From Macrostomum lignano (taxonomy: Eukaryota): a stretch of 31,172 nt of DNA. How positions within the stretch are numbered: position 1 is the stretch's first letter; each line of letters starts with the position of its first letter. Shown piece after piece: positions 1 through 9,890 of this stretch. The position numbers and the translations under genes were made by a program. The stretch is from positions 1 through 31,172 of the forward strand of contig NIVC01002787.1 of assembly GCA_002269645.1 (NCBI GenBank), written 5' to 3'. Below the pieces are notes generated by a model, which worked only from the letters and a program-made list of their open reading frames with translations, made no database searches and was not told where the DNA came from.

Positions 1-2372
1 AGCAGGATTTGGCTGTGATGAATTTATGGCCGCGAAATTCGAGAGTGATAATATGCTCAAAGCAGCCCACACTCCCCCGGTGCGTGCGCCCGCATGACAG
101 CAGAGTTGTTGTTTAAGCACATTGACAAGATTGTGCAGTCAGACGCAAGCGTACTGTCGAGCAACTTTTCTATCCGGTTGCTAAAGGCCTGGGTGCCTCG
201 AGGTGGATGTGCTCTCGAGAACAAGCATCTAGAAGAGAGGCACGCTTTTTCAAAGCACTATGTCCGCATCACCAACACGGACAAGAGGTGCCTGCTGCGA
301 GCTCTGGTCGTGGCCTGCGCCTATCTGCAATTTGTGGCCAAGCGCATCACCGAGGATGTGTGGCGCAGGATCAAGGCCAATTCACCCAAGCAGACTAAGC
401 TGGTGACTGAGCTGCAAGTCGAAGCAGGCCTCTACACGGTAAGTTGTGCACTAATTTTCCACTGTATCAGGGAATACCAAAAGATTTATTTTCTGATAAG
501 AATTTCGTTTCTGGTTTCTAGTATTTTCATGGATTACTAAAAGAATTTTTACGATAAGGAATACTAAAAGCTATATTTTCTGATAAGAATTTTTACGATA
601 AGGAATACTAAAAGAAATATTTTGCCTCCACACAGACTCATCAAATCGTCTCGCAGGCCGGTCCTTTTGGGGTGGATGTTCTGCCCGAGGCGATACGGGC
701 CCTGAACCGTCTGCATCCAGGCCACGATTTTGGTGTACGAGTGTACAGGGCAGAGGAGGCCAACACGTGCATATTCAACCTGCCTGGCACCGAGATTCTG
801 CACCTGCACCTGGTCGAGCAGCACTTTAATGTGGTCACCAAGCTGCCTGCGTTTTTCGGCTCCGATCACTACTGCGCCAAGTGCGAGATGGCCTTCGATT
901 GCAATTATGAGAAGCACAAGTGCGCTGATGCCTGCAGTACATGCAAGACTCCGGGCTCCAACTGCAAAGCCAACCGTGCATATGTAAGATGCCATGATTG
1001 CGGGCTAAATTGCTATAATGCTCAGTGCCTAGAGAATCACAAGCGCAAGAATAAGGCGGGCAGATCGCGCTGTGATTCAGTCCACGTTTGCGGCACGTGT
1101 GGCTATCTAGAAGAACTGAAAGTAGGCCAGCCCCCGAGCATCAGTGTGGTTACGCCAAGTGTCCAGTCTGCAAGCAGTACGACGAAACGGCCACCCACGA
1201 GTGCTTTGTCACCCCGCCCAAAGCCAAAGAGTCTAGCGCCCCGTACGTTTACTATGATTTCGAGACGTACGTGGACCAAGCAGCACCGGGTACACTTGGT
1301 TACGGCTGCCACCTCCTGCGAGGCGTGTCCCAAACTCTTCCCCAGGCCCCGCTGCAGCGTGTGCGGGGGGTTGCACAGCTCAGCCAATTGCATTGCGGGA
1401 CGCAATCTGGCGCTGGATTTTACGAGCTGTGTCTCCCACAATGACTGTGCCTGTGGGATGCGAGAGTTTGTATCCGTTGGACTGCACTCTATCGATGCCT
1501 TTTACTGCTGGCTGACTAGCGTGTTCAAGCAGGGGGCAATTGCAATTGCGCACAATGGCTCTGCGTATGACGCATTCCTCCTGCTCGGCGCCCTACTCAA
1601 CGGACTGGCCAAGAAGAAGCCGCAGGTGATCTTCCAGAACAGCCGCCTAATGTACATGAAGTGCGACAAGATCACGTTCAAGGACAGCCTCAACTTTATC
1701 CCTATTGGTCTGGCGCAATTCCCAAAGGCGCTTGGTTTGGGCACCCAACTGACCAAAGGAGATTTCCCGCACGTGTTCAATCAGCCACAAAACTGGGGGT
1801 ACGTAGGTCCCTACTGCTCAATTGATATGTACGGCGGGAAGAAGAATAAGCAGCACGACTCCATCGCTGACTGGCTGGCCAAGCAGGAGGGACAGGTGTT
1901 TAATTTCAATAAGGAGTACCTGGACTATTGCCTGCAGGACACGTTAATTTTGCGGGAAGGCTGTCTAAAGTACACCCGCCTGATTAAGGACATTTGCGGA
2001 CTGGACGCATTTGTCCAATCCAACACCATTGCGGGCTTGGCTATGGCTGTTTTCACCACCAAGTTTATGGAGCCCAACACTCTTGGGGTGATTTCCCGCC
2101 GGTCCGATGTACAGTCGCACAAGGCGCGCTGCTGGCTGGCACATTTGAATGCAACCGAGTTTGGCGGCCGGTTGCGGACAGCCGATTCTGGCGGCGAGGC
2201 TTTCGCCATGGGCCGTAAGGTGGATGGCTTTGACCCGGAGACCAGGACAGTGCTGCAGTTTCATGGCTGCTTCTTCCATGGCTGTCCCAAGTGCTTCCCC
2301 AACGGCGACGTGCTGCACCCGCTCAAGAACCAGCCAATGCGGGCGATTTATGAGGAGACTGAGCGCTATTAG
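1..2372 (+). pseudogene. Protein-primed DNA polymerase B (pPolB), plus-strand copy: end of exon 3 (1-438), intron, exon 4 (about 657-2367); 3'-truncated
   Basis: Cys/His-rich Zn-finger-like clusters; Exo I YVYYDFETY (in the 1088..1444 frame); Exo II IAHNGSAYD; FKDSLNF; KGDFPH.FN; Exo III YCLQDT; TIAGLAM; Vsr-like nuclease insert VDGFD..QFHGCFFHGCPKCF. Compensating frameshifts at about 1131-1135 and 1277-1280. The ORF stops at the inversion junction before the polymerase motifs (no YxDTDS seen). Confidence 0.88.
439..656 (+). other. Spliceosomal intron 3 of pPolB
   Basis: Donor ACG|GTAAGT at 439, AT-rich body with internal repeats, acceptor TCGCAG|GCC at 656 (alternative ACACAG|ACT at 635). 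Both acceptors are phase 0 and join AGLYT to the 672..2372 frame. Confidence 0.8.
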
Positions 2373-2384
2373 TGCACAACTTAC

Positions 2385-4223
2385 CGTGTAGAGGCCTGCT
2401 TCGACTTGCAGCTCAGTCACCAGCTTAGTCTGCTTGGGTGAATTGGCCTTGATCCTGCGCCACACATCCTCGGTGATGCGCTTGGCCACAAATTGCAGAT
2501 AGGCGCAGGCCACGACCAGAGCTCGCAGCAGGCACCTCTTGTCCGTGTTGGTGATGCGGACATAGTGCTTTGAAAAAGCGTGCCTCTCTTCTAGATGCTT
2601 GTTCTCGAGAGCACATCCACCTCGAGGCACCCAGGCCTTTAGCAACCGGATAGAAAAGTTGCTCGACAGTACGCTTGCGTCTGACTGCACAATCTTGTCA
2701 ATGTGCTTAAACAACAACTCTGCTGTCATGCGGGCCGCACGCACCGGGGGAGTGTGGGCTGCTTTGAGCATATTATCACTCTCGAATTTCGCGGCCATAA
2801 ATTCATCACCAGCCAAATCCTGCTTGAATACTTCGAGCAAACTGGCAAATGTCTCGCGTAAGTCGCTAGTACCATCCAACTTTACCACATATTCCACACC
2901 CTTGGCCCTAAACTTGGGCAGGTCGCGCTGATTATCCAGCCGGGCCGTAAAACCTGTAGGGGGAATGAAGGGGGAGTGTGAGTCAGCCCGGGTCTGCCTG
3001 GGGAATAGGGGGCTGGATAACTCACCCGGTCCGGTAACAAATTCAGGTTGGGCAGGCGGGACAAACGCGTCTGAAAAAACACAAGGAGATAAAAAACCAG
3101 AAGAATCTGTCAATTCGTGGCACCCCAGGATCAGACTCCAACCGACTCATTGTTCACGCTCCCCCCCCCCTTGCGCTCAGGCCCTCCCACCGACACGCTC
3201 TGCAATTTTTTTAACCCCAGCCGCATCCCGCCTGGCTCTTTGTTAGCGCTCCCCATAACCCCTCGCACGCATGCCCCCTGCCGAGACGCATCTGCAATTT
3301 TTTAACCCTAGCCGCATCCGGCCTGGCTCATTGTTTGCGCTACTCCTCCCGCACAAGCCCTGCTGCTGAAACGCTCTGCAATTTTTTTAACCCTAGCCGC
3401 ATCCTGCCTGGCTCTTTGTTTGCGCTACCCCTCGCAAGCAAGCCCTGCTGCTGAAACGCTCTGCAATTTTTTAACCCTAGCCCGCATCCTGCCTGGTTCT
3501 TTGTTTGCGCACCCTCCCTACTCAAACTCGTAAGCTCCCTGTCGCAGCACTCTGAATTCCCGCATGCTCCTGCAGCTGTCAGAGCGCCCACCATTTTTTA
3601 TCTGGCCTGGCTCATTGTTTGCGCTCACGCATAACCCCTTGCGCTCAGGCCCTCCTGTTGAAATGCTCTGCAATTTTTTTAACCCCAGCCCGCAGCTGTT
3701 ATCCGGCCTGCTCTTTGTTTGCGCCCCCTCTCTACTCAAACTCGCATGCCCTGCTGCTGCACTCTGAATTCCCGCATGCTCCTGCAGCTGTCAGAGCGCC
3801 CACCATTTTTTATCCCGCCTGGCTCATAATCCCTCGCGCGTAGACCCTCCTGCTGAAATTCTCTGCAATTTTTTAACCCTAGCCGCATCCTGCCTGCTCT
3901 TTGTTTGCGCCCCCTCCCTACTCAAACTCGTAAGCTCCCTGTCGCAGCACTCTGAATTCTATAGCCCGCATGCGCCTGAAGCTGTCACAGCGGTAAACCC
4001 CTCAACTCTTTGTTAGCCCCCGCCTGTCTAGTCTGCTCTTATCAACTCTCTATCGCGCCTCTCTTGCTCCTGCCCCTGCCAATTCATAGAAGCTCCCTGC
4101 TGCAGCAACTCAAAACCCGTCTAGACTGATATACAACCGGATAGAAATTAATTAAAACTTACCATAAAGACGTTGCCTCTTGTCAGCTGGGAAAGTAGTC
4201 GATGCTGCGCTGCGTTTAGCCAT
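2385..4223 (-). CDS. pPolB 5' exons, inverted copy: exon 1 4223-4163, exon 2 3070-3026, exon 3 2953-2385; truncated within intron 3 at 2368
   Basis: gcaaaATGG start at 4223 (MAKRSAASTTFPADKRQRLY). Donor G|GTAAGT at 4162. Acceptor with long pyrimidine tract TTTTTTCAG| at 3071. Donor G|GTGAGT at 3025. Branch CTGAC, pyrimidine tract and CAG| at 2954. Donor |GTAAGT at 2384. Phases are 1/1/0 and all in frame. The ORF-track start at 3113 is a TTG inside intron 1. Confidence 0.78.
3150..3990. repeat. Imperfect tandem repeat array (about 90-bp core, with interspersed larger variants) inside pPolB intron 1
   Basis: About six copies of CTCTGCAATTTTTTAACCC(T/C)AGCCGCATCC..GCCTG(G)CTC(T/A)TTGTTTGCGC, plus three copies of GCACTCTGAATTC-containing blocks. 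Confidence 0.85.
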
Positions 4224-4439
4224 TTTGCATACAGAGAGAAGGATTATCTCTCTACCCCTGTTCTAGGGGTCCGAATATATACTAAAAACCTGCTTAGCTC
4301 GTCTATTATTGGCCAAATCACCAAAAAACCAACCAGAATCACTCAAAATCACCCCAAAATCACACCCTCCCACCCTCCATCTGGGGGTATATAAAGCGCT
4401 GCGCGGCTGTCGGAGAGCTCTCTGCTGCTGCTGCTAATC
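4224..4439. promoter_or_regulatory. Bidirectional promoter between pPolB (-) and the PC4-like gene (+)
   Basis: 216-bp gap between divergent ATGs. TATATA at 4276-4281 (about 53 nt upstream of the pPolB ATG), TATATAAA at 4388-4395, central ATTGGCCAA CCAAT-like element. Confidence 0.6.
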
Positions 4440-4986
4440 ATGTCTTCTTCTATCGCTCTATACGAAAACTTTGTGGCGCGGAAGCCCACATTTGAAACGG
4501 AGCATGACTTAATTGAAATCCGTCGGCTCTACACCGACGAAGCTGGAGTGTGGAAGGACGGCTTCCCAGCAATCTATTTAAGCGAGGTCGAGTGGAAGAA
4601 GCTCGAAGCTGCACGCCCTGACCTGGAGGCTGCGGCACGTCTTCACGTGGACAAGAGTCGTGTTGGGCAGCTTCAAGGCGGCAGAAGCTTCACAGGGGAG
4701 GATTCGTTTGCGGCGCAATTGGCTTAATCGGGATCCAAAGTTCAATTGGCGCTACACAATTGAATTCACGCCGGAACTGTGGCGCCGGATGTTTGCCGCC
4801 CGTTTGGGCAAGCTCTTCAAACCCAAGGCCCCGCCGCCAGCCAAGCGCGCCAGGACCGATACCTCTCTGGTAGCCAGGACTGAGGAGGAGGAAGAAAATC
4901 TCCAGGATGTTCTCCAGGTTGTGGGTCTCAAACCCTACCAATTCCCGCCCTGGGAAAATCTGTTTGACGAGAGTCAGCGCTGGTAG
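4440..4986 (+). CDS. Tandem PC4-like domain protein (putative ssDNA-binding), split by one frameshift at about 4635-4645
   Basis: DLIEIRRLYTDEAGVWKDGFPAIYLSEVEWKKL and RVVLGSFK..GRIRLRRNWLNRD..IEFTPELWRRM both fit the PC4/Sub1 pattern (xIDIRxY..G..KPG.KGISL..EQW..L) by eye. Basic PAKRAR and acidic EEEEE tail. Confidence 0.6.
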
Positions 4987-4992
4987 TTCCCT

Positions 4993-5028
4993 ATTGGCTC
5001 GCGCCACCCGGCGGGGCTCCCTATATAA
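4993..5028 (+). promoter_or_regulatory. Putative promoter of ORF3
   Basis: Inverted CCAAT (ATTGG, 4993), GC box GGCGGGG (5010), TATATAA (5022-5028), upstream of the ATG at 5099. Confidence 0.45.
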
Positions 5029-5098
5029 CTAATCTAGCCAGCCTCTAGAGAGCCAAACCCTAATCCTAGCCCTGATACTATAGTCTGCTGATTCCAAC

Positions 5099-5782
5099 AT
5101 GTCCCGCCGCCGAGCTCTATCCACCCTCTGGGATAAAAACCGCCCATCTGAAGAATTAGCCTCCCTCGACGGTGAAATACCCGAACATATAATCCCCATA
5201 GGCATAGAAAACGGCGGACTTGACTATCCTGAAAATTGGGGTGCTGATATAGCCTTATCTTGGGCTTTGTGGGCTATTACCTACGATAGCGACCCGGGAT
5301 CTGAGATTTTCGACATCCCGTGGGGTAATAGCTACGATAGCGACACCGGGTCTGAGATTTTCGACCTCCCACCGCTGACTATCGGAGGGGGTGTGAACGC
5401 CGCCGCTGCCGACTCTGGTGCCTCTGCCGCTGCCGCCCCTGCCACCTCTGCCGCCGATGCCGACTCTGCCGCTGCCGACTCTGGTGTCTCAGCCTCTGCC
5501 GCCCCTGCTGCCGCTGCCGACTCTGGTGCGGCCTCCCCCGGTGTCTCTGCCTCTGCCGCCCCTGCTGCCGACTCTGGTGTCTCTGCCTCTGCCGCCACTG
5601 CTGCCGCTGCCGACTCTGGTGCTGCCTCCCCCGGTGTCTCTGCCTCTGCCGCCCCCACCTATGGTAAGATATTACACTGTATACACAATTCGTCTTATCA
5701 TATACAAAGCATATATTCTTTCTACATTAATTGTTTTAATTTCCCCATTGCAGTCGGCCGACTACTGATTCGAGACCCTTGA
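5099..5782 (+). CDS. Hypothetical Maverick accessory protein with duplicated YDSD(P/T)GSEIFD motif and Ala/Asp/Ser-rich repeats
   Basis: ATG with an upstream TATA. Possible in-frame 90-nt intron 5664-5753 (G|GTAAGA ... TTGCAG|). No recognisable family. Confidence 0.5.
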   Translation: MSRRRALSTLWDKNRPSEELASLDGEIPEHIIPIGIENGGLDYPENWGADIALSWALWAITYDSDPGSEIFDIPWGNSYDSDTGSEIFDLPPLTIGGGVNAAAADSGASAAAAPATSAADADSAAADSGVSASAAPAAAADSGAASPGVSASAAPAADSGVSASAATAAAADSGAASPGVSASAAPTYGKILHCIHNSSYHIQSIYSFYINCFNFPIAVGRLLIRDP

Positions 5783-5981
5783 GGAGGAGGCGGCATGAAA
5801 CAACACTGAGGAGCGGCTGGAGGTTTACTGGGGTTTGCGGTTTTTTCTCCCTGTACGTGATTTTCCCTGTCTGCGCGGCACTTGAGATAATAAAACCTAT
5901 TTGGAAGCTCCCCTGGGGAGAATTCTCTTTGTATGCGGTCTGCTACCTCCACTGTGCATTGGGGCGGTCTCTGTTACTCCT

Positions 5982-6081
5982 CTCTGCCCGCACTGTACAT
6001 TGGGATCCCCCGGCCCTGGGGAGGAATTGAATTTCTCTATGTTACTCTGCCCGCACTGTACATTGGGATCCCCGGCCCTGG
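5982..6081. repeat. 37-bp direct duplication (5982-6018 and 6045-6081)
   Basis: CTCTGCCCGCACTGTACATTGGGATCCCCGGCCCTGG occurs twice. Confidence 0.9.
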
Positions 6082-6599
6082 CTCTGGGGGCGTGTCTCGA
6101 ATATCCTGGGCTGGATATTTTACTTTGCACCTACATTATATGCTTAATTTTGCATGCATATGTTGTATTATACTTAACTTCCAGTGTGTGTATTTTATCC
6201 TATGCATTGAAATTTGTGCCTGCGGGTTAATATGCAAAATGTTTAAAATCTGCCTACATTATATGCTATGTAATTTTCCTGTATTATACTCAATTTGCAC
6301 CTACATTTTGTGTATGTATGCACCTGCATTATACTGTGTGTATTTCCGCCTATGTTTTATTAGCGCCTACTACACTAATAATGCGATATGTACCTGCTTT
6401 GTCTATTTCTGTCAATATAATATGCACCTACATGGTGTGTTTTTTGCTGCTCATATGCATCAATATGTACATTTTAATATGCATTATGCACCATTATTTA
6501 CACCTACCAATATGTTTTGCCTACTATTTTTATGTAAATATACACAATTTCACCTACTATAAGTAGTTTTCACTAGCCTAATATCATTGACTACATATC

Positions 6600-7204
6600 T
6601 GTGTATGCATACATATCGGGAGAGTGTACTGGGGAGAGTGTACTGAGGAGAGTGTACACTCGGGGTGCCTGCGGCATGGGAGAGTGTACACTCGGATGCC
6701 TGCGGTTTGGGAGAGTGTACACTCGAGTGCCTGCGGTTTGGGAGAGTGGAGCGCCTGCGGCATGGGCGCCTGCTGCTCTGGAGGGAGGGCATACATATCG
6801 GGGTACATATCGGGAGTGCGCATACATGTCGGGAGGGTACCCCTGCGGCATGGGCGCCTGCGGCATACATATCGGGAGGGTCGCCTGCGGCTCGGGAGGG
6901 TGCACATATCGGGAGGGTGCAGTGCGCCTGCGGCATGGGCGCCTGATTGGCGCTTGGCGCCACGCGCCTGCGGCGCGCGCGCCAATGAGAAGCGAGGTGG
7001 GTTGACACCCACCCCACCTCCAAAAACGCCCGGATCTGCCGGCCCTTAGTAGTCCTGTAGAATACCCTACCATTTGGTTCGGTATCTTTTTGGACAAGTT
7101 GCTTGGTTGATCGAAATTGAGATCTTTTCTTCTTTTGAATTCTTTGTGGGTACTGTGCCGTGTAGTTGAAATTCCTGTAGAATACTCTACCATTTGGTCC
7201 GGTA
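6600..7204. repeat. Maverick subterminal repeat region
   Basis: Multiple GAGAGTGTAC, GCCTGCGGCATGGG and CATATCGGGA motifs. 31-bp direct repeats at 7054-7084 and 7174-7204. Imperfect GC-rich palindrome at 6946-6986. Confidence 0.8.
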
Positions 7205-7325
7205 CCTTACTACTTGATTTTTAATAGAAAAATAAGGTATGTGCGTAATAAAATTTCTGACGGGTACCTTATTACGTGTTTTGCAATTGAAAAATGTGGT
7301 ATGGACGTAATTTTCTATTACTACT

Positions 7326-7735
7326 AATCTCATCTCTCCTTTCTCCCCTCTTCTTACACCCCTCTCTTATCTCTATCTCTTCTCTTCTCACTCCTCTCCC
7401 CCTCTAATCTCCTCTCTTCTCTATCCTTTCTACTCTCTCCTCTCTAATCTCTCCTCTCCTCTTGACCCGCTGTCATCTTCTTTCTGCTCTCTCATCTCTA
7501 CTCTCTTCTCACTCTTCTTTACTCTCCTCTCATCGATCCTCTGTCTCATCTCTCCCCTCTTCTCACATTTACTCTTTCCTCTCCCTCCTTTCTCCCCTCC
7601 TCTCGCTTCTTCCTCCCTTCTTCTCTGCTCTCTCCTCACCACTTGTCTCTCCTCTTATCTTCCATGTTTTCTCTTATCCCCCTCTCGCCTCTCCTCTCTT
7701 CTAATAGTCTATTCCTTCTCCTTTCCACTCTCATC
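7326..7735. repeat. CT-rich low-complexity tract
   Basis: Almost purely pyrimidine strand. The ORFs over it are compositional. Confidence 0.9.
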
Positions 7736-8354
7736 TGGCCCGCACATAAGCTGGATTCTTTATCTGGCTTTTGAAGTAAAAGTCTGCCGATCCCTGCTTC
7801 GAAAGGCAGTTTGTGGGACGTACTACTCTCATCGTTGTTCTCATGCTTTGATCACGTCATCTTTCTTGCCAATTTGCAGCCCTGAAAGGAATTTTTATAT
7901 TTTCAGCTCCACTGCAGTCTGCATCAGTCTAACAACCAAGGAAATACGCATTTCTTAGGAGGCCATTTAAAATTTACACACTACCTTTAAAAGAAACCTA
8001 AAATTTCCATGGGTGTGCCTAATTTAGTAGGGTTGTATTGCATTGTGCATTGCATCGCATCGCCTTTTCATAAACCTTTCGCTTTTACAAATCGCTTTTC
8101 GCTTTCGCTTTTTTGCTGGATTCCCTCGATTTGCCAATTGCCATCCACTGTTAAACTGCTGCAGAGTTTGCCAATACAGAGGAGGGGAGGGCAGTGGTTA
8201 GAATTTCTCACTAATTAAACTGTTATGGCTAAACGTAGCCTCTCCACTCTCGGGGTGCGAGGAGGCTATAAAAAAGTTATTCCAAAACACTGTACATTTG
8301 CTATGTACATTCAGTCCTATCGCCTGATCCTTCGTCTGGCTCTGGGGGAATGAG

Positions 8355-8980
8355 TGAGTGAGTGGCACAAACAACAGAAAAAGCAGACAAACTTCACATG
8401 CTTACAGTTTCTGTTCTGATTGAGTTAGAGAGTTGAAACTTTACATTTAGACAGAGAATGATTCAATGAAGTATTGTGTCAAGTTTAGAGTCAATCGCTT
8501 TACGTGGAGCAAACTTATGGCAGCTGAAAGTTAGTCAACTTTGAAAACCTTATACACATCTGGGCCCAGATCGGGAAAGAGAAGCAGGCGGGCGGAGGTT
8601 GCGGTGGCTGCCTCGCTGAAAAAAGCAGCCTAACTTTAAAAGTGCACAGCGCTGTTTAGGATTAACTTTGAGACTTTAAAGTTTACATGATTGTGCCTAA
8701 ATAGTTGAAGATTGTTCGTGTCAAATTTGAAGAGGATTGGTAAAACTGGAGGCGGCGCTATGGAGGATTTAGTGAAAAAATCGCGTTTGAGCAGTTTTTT
8801 GTACTTTTAGGTAGGAAGACTTGAGTCTAGGAAATTAAAAGGTAGCCTAAGACATTCTCCGTAGTAAGTTTAGGGTGGGTGTAAAGTTTGGTGTAATTTG
8901 GTTGAGCGGTTTGGGAGTCCATAGCGATCGAAATTGTCCACAGACAGACAGACAGACAGAGTTTTGATTTTATATTTAGA
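8355..8980 (-). mobile_element. Probable non-autonomous Helitron-like fragment (5' end at about 8980; other boundary uncertain)
   Basis: The minus strand begins TCTAAATATAAAATC followed by (TCTG)n, resembling the 5' ends of the units at 17766 and 22598. No clear hairpin-CTAG 3' end was found. Confidence 0.4.
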
Positions 8981-9744
8981 GAGAAGAGATAGAAAGCAAT
9001 ACTATTCAGTTGTGATTAGGCTACAATATTGAATTTAGACGGTACTAGTGTAGTGAGTCGCTAGTTTAGTTAGGCGCCGCACTAGTCAGCTGTTGCCCTC
9101 GCCCTCGCCCCGGGCTTCTGTCTGCCGCTGGGCAGTTGCCTGTCCCCCCCCCGCCTGTCCTCTGGCCTGTCCTCTGCCCGTTTGTCTGTCTGTCTGTTTG
9201 TCCTCGTTTGCCCCCTTTTGTCTCGTTTTCCCTTTTTGCAGTGCCAAGACAGCTTGGTCTGGCCTGCCTCTGTTTCGTTCTTGGGCATCTCCAAATTTGG
9301 AATGCCTTTCTGTTTTCCGGTCCCACGGTCACGAGTGCCTTCTGACTCATGTGAGTCAGTCACATGACAAGGCCTTCTTCCTTCTTTAGTCCAAAGTGCA
9401 ATGATTTCATCATTGTACGCTGGGCTCGTGTTTATGGGGAGATCACGTGCGCCCAGACCCCCCCTTGCCTCCTCTGAGGCAGGGCCCGCTTGTTTGTTGC
9501 TAAAAATAGCAACAGAGTCACTGGGCCTTTTCATATTGCTTGTCCTTGTTCCAGAACCAGAACCAATTTGTGAAGTATAACTTTTTGTCTCCATAACAAG
9601 TAGTATGAAGACGCACACGTCTTTTTGCCACCAGTGAACGGGCTTCTTTTTAGACGTGGGTCTTCATACTACTTGATAAACCTAGTTTTGTACCGATGAA
9701 AAAGAACTTTGAGAAGCTCAATAAAAATGTAAATCTCTACTTCT

Positions 9745-9890
9745 CCCATTTTCTCCCTTTGTCTGTTCTGTTTCTCTCCACTCTAATCTCTCTCTAGTCT
9801 CCCCTCTCCTCTCCTTTCGCTTCTAGCTCTCGTTTTATCTCTTATCTTCTCTTTAGTCTTATCTCTTCTCTATTCTCTTTCTCTCTCATC
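9745..9890. repeat. CT-rich low-complexity tract
   Basis: Pyrimidine-rich, followed by a motif shared with the end of the 7326-7735 tract. Confidence 0.8.

Larger units (their letters stand above)
1..2824. repeat. Inverted duplication: 1-455 is the reverse complement of 2368-2824
   Basis: Translations are identical over the shared region. The only differences seen are two single-G losses in the plus copy (about positions 15 and 89). The spacer 456-2367 is unique. Confidence 0.95.
1..7325. mobile_element. Maverick/Polinton-like element, rearranged (fold-back) and probably non-autonomous; extends left of the window
   Basis: Encodes pPolB. Ends in ACTACT at 7320-7325 (5'-AGTAGT on the minus strand, the typical Maverick terminus), immediately followed by unrelated CT-rich DNA. 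The subterminal region is repeat-rich. No integrase, capsid, ATPase or protease ORF is visible in the window. Confidence 0.8.

Noticed and set aside
1965-3113. 382-aa minus-strand ORF as a single gene
   Set aside because: It starts at a TTG inside predicted intron 1, reads through intron 2, and past 2385 runs into intron 3 and the antisense of the plus copy.
3150-3990. CRISPR-like array or coding repeat
   Set aside because: The inter-repeat segments are related to each other rather than unique spacers, there are no cas genes, the context is eukaryotic, and no frame is maintained.
5055-5075. Telomere-like AAACCCTAA and degenerate neighbours
   Set aside because: Only one exact unit; too short to call a telomeric remnant.
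6946-6986. NFI site as in adenovirus ITRs
   Set aside because: No TTGGC-N5-GCCAA with correct spacing.
5897-7193. Multiple overlapping ORFs of 80-210 aa
   Set aside because: They arise from low-complexity and subterminal repeats, are open on several frames at once, and have implausible composition.
9066-9618. 178-aa minus-strand ORF and neighbours
   Set aside because: Low complexity with (CTGT)n content, no recognisable domain and no clear gene signals.
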